A program made the position numbers and the translations under genes. A stretch of DNA of 35,940 nucleotides, from the NCBI GenBank assembly GCA_049590695.1, contig JBAWDI010000025.1, positions 1 through 35,940 on the forward strand, written 5' to 3'. The notes beneath the pieces were generated by a model. That model was not told where the DNA came from. It did not search any database and saw only the letters and a program-made list of their open reading frames with translations. The DNA is from Bryobacteraceae bacterium (GTDB taxonomy: Bacteria; Acidobacteriota; Terriglobia; Bryobacterales; Bryobacteraceae). Below are positions 16,757 through 22,492 of the stretch, one piece after another (position 1 is the first letter of the stretch; every line of letters starts with the position of its first letter).

Positions 16757-17393
16757 CGGAGGCATCCGGCAGATCGAAGGACCTGCGAGGGATTCGGAAT
16801 GTCCCACGTGCGCCCGCCGCGAGTTTCCCTACCTGGAAGAATCGCCCCGCCCGCCGGCCACCCTGTGCGGCCGGAACGCGGTACAGATCCACGAGCGCGA
16901 GCGCCCCATCGACCTGGCGGCGTTGAAAGCGCGTCTGGAGCCGCTGGGCGAAGTCCGCGCCAACGAATTCGCGCTGCGGTTCTTCGTGGCACCCTACGAG
17001 ATGACGGTGTTCCCCGATGGCCGCGCGATCGTCAAGGGGACCAGCGACACCGGCGTGGCGCGGGTGTGCGACATAAAAGTGACGTCCCCAGGTGAAGCTC
17101 CGCAGGAGCGAAAGACAGTAGCCCATGGCGCGAGCCGTGGGAGAATTGCGAAATCGACCTAGCCCCGGAGGGGGCGAAAGAACGTTCTTCCGCCCCCTGC
17201 GGGGCTACCCCGGTTGCTCACCAGTCCCATGGCTTGCGCCATGGGCTACTGTCTTTCGCCCTGACGGGCTTTGAGTACCGGCTACGCCTAGATTCCTGCG
17301 ATCCGCTGCGGAATCGGAGAATCCGCCACTTTTATGTCGCACACCCGCGTGGCGCGGAGTTTGTACGCACGGTATGTGGGGTGAGGTAAGATT
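16757..17393 (+). pseudogene. Displaced 3' fragment of a thiF-like gene (right copy of the direct repeat), interrupted by a MITE
   Basis: It encodes ..GIRQIEGPARDSECPTCARREFPYLEESPRPPATLCGRNAVQIHERERPIDLAALKARLEPLGEVRANEFALRFFVAPYEMTVFPDGRAIVKGTSDTGVAR. The MITE follows, then SLYARYVG-stop. It has no N-terminal two-thirds and no start context. The track ORF 16743-17162 is read-through of this fragment into the MITE. Confidence 0.85.
17062..17346. mobile_element. MITE-like non-autonomous element (~285 bp) with 20-bp perfect terminal inverted repeats and a 9-11 bp target-site duplication
   Basis: The left TIR is GGGTGTGCGACATAAAAGTG (17062-17081). The right TIR is CACTTTTATGTCGCACACCC (17327-17346). 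The flanking duplication is GCGTGGCGC(GG), at 17053-17061/63 and 17347-17355/57. The uninterrupted left repeat copy carries that sequence only once. An internal perfect 24-bp inverted repeat lies at 17108-17131 and 17236-17259, with a central imperfect hairpin at 17163-17204. The element has no coding capacity. Confidence 0.85.
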
Positions 17394-17398
17394 CAGGT

Positions 17399-17605
17399 AT
17401 GAAGCTTCTCGTCACCCTGGACCCGGATGAGACCGGCATGATTGTCGCCGAGTGTCCAGCCATCCCGGGGTGCGTTTCGCAAGGGCGGACGGAACTCGAG
17501 GCCCTGGAGAACATCCGGGAAGCGATCATCGGTTGTCTCGAAGCGCGGTTGGCCAATAATATGCCTCTGACGGTCGCAGTCCGCGAGGTCGAGGTTCCCG
17601 TCTGA
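17399..17605 (+). CDS. hicB: HicB-family antitoxin (UPF0150 fold)
   Basis: The 68-aa product reads ..DPDETGMIVAECPAIPGCVSQGRTELEALENIREAI.., which is typical of the HicB N-terminal domain. Its stop overlaps the hicA start by 1 nt (TGATG). Confidence 0.8.
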   Translation: MKLLVTLDPDETGMIVAECPAIPGCVSQGRTELEALENIREAIIGCLEARLANNMPLTVAVREVEVPV

Positions 17606-17826
17606 TGGCGGCGCTGCCCTCCGTTTCCGGAGAGCAAGCTGTCCGAGCATTTCAAAAGGCAGGGTGGGGCAAAGACCGGCAGCACGGGAGCCACGTCATC
17701 CTGATCAAGCCGGGGCATCCGGCGAGTTTGTCCATACCCCAACATCGTGAAGTGGCTCCCGGCACGCTGCGATCTTTGATACGGGCCTCGGGAATGACTG
17801 TCGCGCAATTCGTGGAGCTGCTCTGA
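17605..17826 (+). CDS. hicA: HicA-family mRNA interferase toxin
   Basis: The 73-aa product contains GEQAVRAFQKAGWGKDRQHGSHVILIKPG, a YcfA/HicA motif with the conserved GSH histidine. Confidence 0.8.
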   Translation: MAALPSVSGEQAVRAFQKAGWGKDRQHGSHVILIKPGHPASLSIPQHREVAPGTLRSLIRASGMTVAQFVELL

Positions 17827-17874
17827 GTGCTCCGGGGCATACACATGGGGAATCTAATCGTCCGCCCCACACCG

Positions 17875-18711
17875 CTATCTTCGCCACGCCGCGATGTGCA
17901 GGCCGGGCGGAAGCTGGGCGTGGGATACGTCCAAGTCGTCCTTGGTTAGCGGGATGCTTGCCTCCACCGTGTTGGGGGCGTCCGGGTAGTTGTGGCTGAA
18001 GGCGATCTTGAGACGGCGCGCGGGGGTTTCAATGAAGGCGACCTGCTGCGTCTCGTCCGCAAAGGAACGCATCTGCCGCGCCTCCGCCGGCTGGTCGTGG
18101 GTGATGAGGGCTTCGCGCAGGACGCGATCTTCCGCGGCGTAGACCAGCACGGCCACCACGTGTGGGTCTTTGAGGCGCGCGTCGGGGGTGTCGTCGGCCG
18201 GCACGTCCAGACCGGCGTATCTGGGGGTGCCGTCGGCCCTCGATACCTGGAAGCGGACCAGCTCCACATGCGTGTCGAAGAGATGGCGGCCGTCGCCCAG
18301 GCGGTAAATGGACCACATCGGCACGTCGACGTAGCCGCGATCGATCACCCAGAGGCAATTGTCGAGGGTGCGAGCGGAATCGGCTGGGAGCTTCACAGAG
18401 TAGAGAGGCTTCTGCTTCGGATCGGCGCCCAGCGGCCACGCTTCCAGCGTCAAGGCGCCCGGCTCGGGTATGTCGCCGACGAAGTCTTTCGCGTGCGTGG
18501 TGGTGCGCAGCAGGAGGCGCTCATCGGCGGGGCGGCCGGGTACGCCGGTTCCGGTGTATTGCCAGGCTACGTTATGGATCTCCACGGTTTCGCCCTCGGC
18601 TGCGACGGTATAGGAAACAGTGGAGGCGGATTGCGCCTGAAAGGGGATCTTGGCCAGGGCCAGCAGCAGCGAGGCGCAGACCGCGGCGGCGGGCAGCAGT
18701 TTCTTCAACAT
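17875..18711 (-). CDS. Secreted hypothetical protein
   Basis: The track ORF runs to 19068, but its N-terminal 110 aa are Arg/Phe-rich junk. The ATG at 18711 gives MLKKLLPAAAVCASLLLALAKIPFQAQS, a signal peptide. An alternative ATG lies at 18738. Confidence 0.65.
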   Translation of the reverse strand: MLKKLLPAAAVCASLLLALAKIPFQAQSASTVSYTVAAEGETVEIHNVAWQYTGTGVPGRPADERLLLRTTTHAKDFVGDIPEPGALTLEAWPLGADPKQKPLYSVKLPADSARTLDNCLWVIDRGYVDVPMWSIYRLGDGRHLFDTHVELVRFQVSRADGTPRYAGLDVPADDTPDARLKDPHVVAVLVYAAEDRVLREALITHDQPAEARQMRSFADETQQVAFIETPARRLKIAFSHNYPDAPNTVEASIPLTKDDLDVSHAQLPPGLHIAAWRR

Positions 18712-19003
18712 GCTCCCAGGGTCGCACGTCGCGCTCATGAGCGAAGTGCCTCCGCGTTGAAAACGGAAGCGTGTTTTTCGACGCGGAGCCGCTGAGACGC
18801 GGAGAAAAAAGCAGAGAGGAAGAAAGAAGAATAGAGTCAAAACCTGAGAGCGCAGTCTTCGAGCAAATGGAACGTTGTCAAAAGGCCTCGCTGCGCCAGC
18901 CTCCATTATCTCCGCTTCCTCCGCGGCTCCGCGTCGAAAGAAGATGCCGGGTCGCGGAGCGAAGCGCCGCGACAAAAACGGGCAAGCTAAAGCATGCCCC
19001 ACC

Positions 19004-21145
19004 TCACTGCCGCTCGAGTTCATCGAGAAGCATCGACAGGCGCGGCGCCACTTCGGTGCGGCGGCCAAAACGCAGAGCGTTGTACTTGCCGGTGAACTCC
19101 GTCACGGCTGTCCCCAGTTGGCCGGGCGGCAGCGATTCGGAGAACTCCGCGGGCGTGAACCACGCGGGCTTCTGGTAACCGCGGCGTTTCAACAGGTCGA
19201 GCATGCGCTCGTACAGCAGGGTGGCGTCCGCCACCGTGTCCTGGCCGCGGCGGACGCGCTCCACGCGGCTGCGGATGCGCAGCAGGCGAACCAGCCGCGG
19301 CCCGAGCACCCAGATGGCGACTCCCAGCGCCAGCACAATCGGGATGCCTGGGCCATAGCGCCGGAACCACGCCGCCGCGCGGAGACGCCAATTCCAGTCC
19401 AGTCCGGAAAGGGAGTCGAACCAACGGATGCCCATGCTGCGCGCACCCTGTTCCAAGCGGTCGGCCAGCGTGCCCTGCCGGCTGATGTCGTAGCTTACCA
19501 CCCACTCCCGCCAGAAGGTCCCGGCGGCATCCAGGTACAACCCGAGTTGCGACAGCAGGGCGAAGCTACGGCGGTTGGGATCGGGCGGCGTGGGATCGAA
19601 GGTGGTCCAACCACGGCCGGGAATCCAGGCCTCCACCCAGGCGTGCGCGTCGGAGGCGCGCACCAGCCAGAAATCCGTGATGGGGTTGTACACGCCGCTT
19701 TGGAAGCCCGTGGCGAGGCGCGCGGGGATGCCGGCAGTCCGGAGCATCACCGTCATGGCGGAGGCGAAGTATTCGCAGTGGCCCCGCTTGCGCGTGAAGA
19801 GGAAGTAAGCCAGCGGATCGGCGACTTCATGGTCCGGAAGTTCGAGCGTATAGCCGTAATCGGCGCGCAGCCGGCGCTCGATGGCGCGCGCCCGCTCCAG
19901 GTCCGTCGCCGGGCCCATGGGGCACCCCGCCGTCATGGCGCGCGCCAGCTCGGGAATGCGCGGGTCGAGCGGCGGCAGTTGCAGATAATCGCTTCGCGCC
20001 CGGAGCGGCAGAATGGGCTCGGGGTACGGGGCCGGCGAAGTCTCCGGCGGATCTTCGAGCCGGCTGTAGGCGTCGTAGTGGACGCCCTGGGGCGACTGGT
20101 ACCCGAGCCGGTAATTTCCGGTCGCCGTCCGCAAGAGAAATGGATAGCGCAGGTCCACCATCTCGGGCACCCCGGCGAAAAAGAGCGCGTCGGTGCCGAA
20201 AGCGTCCAGATCGACGTGGTAGTTGATGTGCCGCCCCGGCCGGCGGCCGGCGGCCGGCTCCAGGTTGGCGTGGCCGTTTTCCACCGGGATCGCCTGGTAC
20301 GCCCGGCCGGGCTCGGACCACCGCTTCCCATCGAATTCGGCGAGCGCCCGGCCACGCCATTTCAGGCCGCCAGGCGTTTCGCTGCTGAAGATGCGGATGT
20401 GCATGACCGGCCGGGAGGCGGTGCGGATCTCGCCGAACTCGCCGAGCGTCACCTCGCTCGAGAAACCGGGAAGATAGAAACGATGCGAGATCAGGCGGGA
20501 GAACGCCGCCTCGGCGGTGCGCGGCAGGAGAAAGAACAGCCCGGCGGCGATGGACAGGATTCCCAAAGTCATCAATGCCGAATGTAGCGCCAGGCGGGGG
20601 TAGAAGCGCTTCAGCCCGCTGCGCGCCGTGACCGCGGCCTGGCGCGTGGAGCGGCGAATCTCTCCGCTGGTGAGCGCCGCTATGGCACACAGCAGGTAGA
20701 GCGCCAGAAACAGGAAGAAGTTGACATCGATGGACAGGAGGGCGGCAGCCAAAAGCTCCACAAAGGCAATGGCGGCGGTGTAAAGATAATCCCGATTGGT
20801 TTTCGCCGTGAGGATTTTCATCACAGCCAGGAAAAACACCAGGTGGACAGTGGCGGTGAGAAACTCCCGCGAAAGGAGGAAATAATCGAGCGCGAAGAAG
20901 CCGGTATAGCCGAGGGTGACGATGGTTACGGTGCGATCGGACAGGTCCAGCCGCACGAACCCGCGGATGACCAGGCCGCGAAGCACCAGGCCGGCGGCGG
21001 TGAGCGCGATGGTCGCGGTATCCAGGTACCCCGAGCCGGCCACCGCGAGATATCCGCTGGCCACCAGGCCCAGCAGCGAAAACTGGAAAAAACGCTCGAC
21101 GGAGGGGCGCCCTCTGGGCCACGCGCTCGCATGCGAACGCAGCAT
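19004..21145 (-). CDS. Transglutaminase-domain membrane protein (TgpA-like, DUF3488 N-terminal region plus transglutaminase core)
   Basis: The N-terminal half has multiple transmembrane segments. The core reads RKRGHCEYFASAMTVMLRTAGIPARLATGF...SDAHAWVEAWIPGRGWTTFDPTP, supplying the Cys-His-Asp transglutaminase motif. Confidence 0.85.
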   Translation of the reverse strand: MLRSHASAWPRGRPSVERFFQFSLLGLVASGYLAVAGSGYLDTATIALTAAGLVLRGLVIRGFVRLDLSDRTVTIVTLGYTGFFALDYFLLSREFLTATVHLVFFLAVMKILTAKTNRDYLYTAAIAFVELLAAALLSIDVNFFLFLALYLLCAIAALTSGEIRRSTRQAAVTARSGLKRFYPRLALHSALMTLGILSIAAGLFFLLPRTAEAAFSRLISHRFYLPGFSSEVTLGEFGEIRTASRPVMHIRIFSSETPGGLKWRGRALAEFDGKRWSEPGRAYQAIPVENGHANLEPAAGRRPGRHINYHVDLDAFGTDALFFAGVPEMVDLRYPFLLRTATGNYRLGYQSPQGVHYDAYSRLEDPPETSPAPYPEPILPLRARSDYLQLPPLDPRIPELARAMTAGCPMGPATDLERARAIERRLRADYGYTLELPDHEVADPLAYFLFTRKRGHCEYFASAMTVMLRTAGIPARLATGFQSGVYNPITDFWLVRASDAHAWVEAWIPGRGWTTFDPTPPDPNRRSFALLSQLGLYLDAAGTFWREWVVSYDISRQGTLADRLEQGARSMGIRWFDSLSGLDWNWRLRAAAWFRRYGPGIPIVLALGVAIWVLGPRLVRLLRIRSRVERVRRGQDTVADATLLYERMLDLLKRRGYQKPAWFTPAEFSESLPPGQLGTAVTEFTGKYNALRFGRRTEVAPRLSMLLDELERQ

Positions 21146-21172
21146 GGTCCTATTCTATCAGCGGAGGTTTGA

Positions 21173-21820
21173 TTACCGCTGGCCTTCGACTTCGAAACCG
21201 AACTCCCGAAGCAGTTTTCCGGGGGGCCAATAGACGCGCACGAAGTAGATCCCCGGCTGCGTTCGCGGAACCTTGAAGCCGGCTTTCGACCCGTGTGCCG
21301 GCACAGTGGCCTGCCAGACACGGCTGCCGAAGCGATCCACCATTTCCAGCCGGTAGCGGGAAGCGGCCGGCAAATTCGCCAGGTCCAGCCGCAGCAGCAG
21401 CCATCTGCCGGCCGGCGCTTTGGCTTCGACAGCGGCGCCGCGCGTGGCTTCCAGGTCGATTGCAAACGGGTGCGCCTCGCCCGTATCCACGCGGCCGAGC
21501 CATAAACCGGCCGCCACGACCACCACCGCCAAGCCAGCCAGGGCAGGGACCAGGCGGGGAAAACGCAGCCAGGGGAGTCCGCGTTTGAGAGGCCCCATGC
21601 GCAGACGCGCGGCGGCCTGTCGCATGGCGCCAACGTAGGCGTCGGTCTGCGCCAGCCGCAGTTGGCAGGGTTCGCAGATCAAGAGATGTTCTTCAAAGGG
21701 GGCGATGGCCGCTTCCGGCATCGCCCCCATGGAGTACCGCTCGATCTCCTCGTCGTGCAGGTGACAGTTGGCGTACATGTCCAGCACCGTATTGTGGATT
21801 AGTTGCTCTCTGAAAGACAA
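21173..21820 (-). CDS. Anti-sigma factor (zf-HC2 type) with one transmembrane segment and an extracytoplasmic domain
   Basis: HLLICEPCQ is the Hx3Cx2C zinc motif. It is followed by the transmembrane segment LVPALAGLAVVVVAAGLWL. The gene lies directly downstream of the ECF sigma gene. Confidence 0.75.
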   Translation of the reverse strand: MSFREQLIHNTVLDMYANCHLHDEEIERYSMGAMPEAAIAPFEEHLLICEPCQLRLAQTDAYVGAMRQAAARLRMGPLKRGLPWLRFPRLVPALAGLAVVVVAAGLWLGRVDTGEAHPFAIDLEATRGAAVEAKAPAGRWLLLRLDLANLPAASRYRLEMVDRFGSRVWQATVPAHGSKAGFKVPRTQPGIYFVRVYWPPGKLLREFGFEVEGQR

Positions 21821-21871
21821 GGTGTATCGGAGGTGGCGAAACTCTCAACAATTCCGGGGGGAACTTATGCC

Positions 21872-22492
21872 TTACGAGCGAAAACCCGCGTGGCGGGCGA
21901 ACCGGGTCCTGCCGAGTTCGCCGAATCGCGCCTTGGCGCGGGATTTGACAAGGCGGAACTGCGTTTCCGTGAGGCCCATCTCATGGCAGATCCGATCGGG
22001 CGGCTGCTCATCCAGATAGAAACGGGCCAGAACCTCGCGATCCCGCTTGGGAAGGCTGTTCAGGATGCGCATGGCCAACTCTCCGTTTTGGTGCTCGATG
22101 GCGCTCCGTTCCGGGTTGGGGCGGTGGTCGGAGAGGGTCATCCCGAATTCCAGATCGGCCTGGTTGCGGCGCGCCTTCACGTTATCGTCGATCTGCGCGG
22201 CTACCTGCCGGCGGACGATGGTGCGCACGTAACCCATCAAGCGCTCGGGTTCGCGCAACTCGCCTTTTTGAATGGACTGGACGATGATCAGAAACACATC
22301 GTGCACTCTGTCGTCGAGATCCTGCGGGCCAAGCTGGCGGCAGAGATAAAAGCGAATGCCCGTTGAAAAGACACGATACATCCGCTCGAGGGCGGATGGG
22401 TCTCCGTTACGAATCTGTTCCACCATTCCGGACCAGGGCGAGTCCGGGAAGTTCGTAACCGATTCCATGGCGCTATGGGTCGTGGAGTTCAT
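21872..22492 (-). CDS. ECF-type RNA polymerase sigma-70 family factor
   Basis: The region 2-like stretch reads DRVHDVFLIIVQSIQKGELREPERLMGYVRTIVRR. The region 4 helix-turn-helix reads LPKRDREVLARFYLDEQPPDRICHEMGLTETQFRLVKSRA. The ATG at 22492 overlaps the upstream CHAT gene stop (ATGA), so the track start at 22522 is less likely. Confidence 0.8.
   Translation of the reverse strand: MNSTTHSAMESVTNFPDSPWSGMVEQIRNGDPSALERMYRVFSTGIRFYLCRQLGPQDLDDRVHDVFLIIVQSIQKGELREPERLMGYVRTIVRRQVAAQIDDNVKARRNQADLEFGMTLSDHRPNPERSAIEHQNGELAMRILNSLPKRDREVLARFYLDEQPPDRICHEMGLTETQFRLVKSRAKARFGELGRTRFARHAGFRS

Noticed and set aside
16743-17162. A 139-aa ORF that looks like a small thiF-related gene.
   Set aside because: It is the displaced 3' fragment of a thiF-like gene read through into the MITE. 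It lacks the adenylation domain, and its tail (..VCDIKVTSPGEAPQERKTVAHGASRGRIAKST) is MITE sequence.
10271-17400. I looked for an integrase, recombinase, transposase or excisionase that could explain the direct-repeat-flanked island.
   Set aside because: None of the ORFs in or next to the island shows tyrosine or serine recombinase or DDE motifs. I therefore do not call the island a self-mobile element such as a prophage, ICE or IS composite.
18875-20587. A 570-aa plus-strand ORF, together with a 431-aa alternative-frame minus-strand ORF (19827-21122), overlapping the transglutaminase gene.
   Set aside because: Both are Arg/Pro/Gly-rich off-frame translations. The 713-aa frame carries the transmembrane segments and the Cys-His-Asp transglutaminase core.
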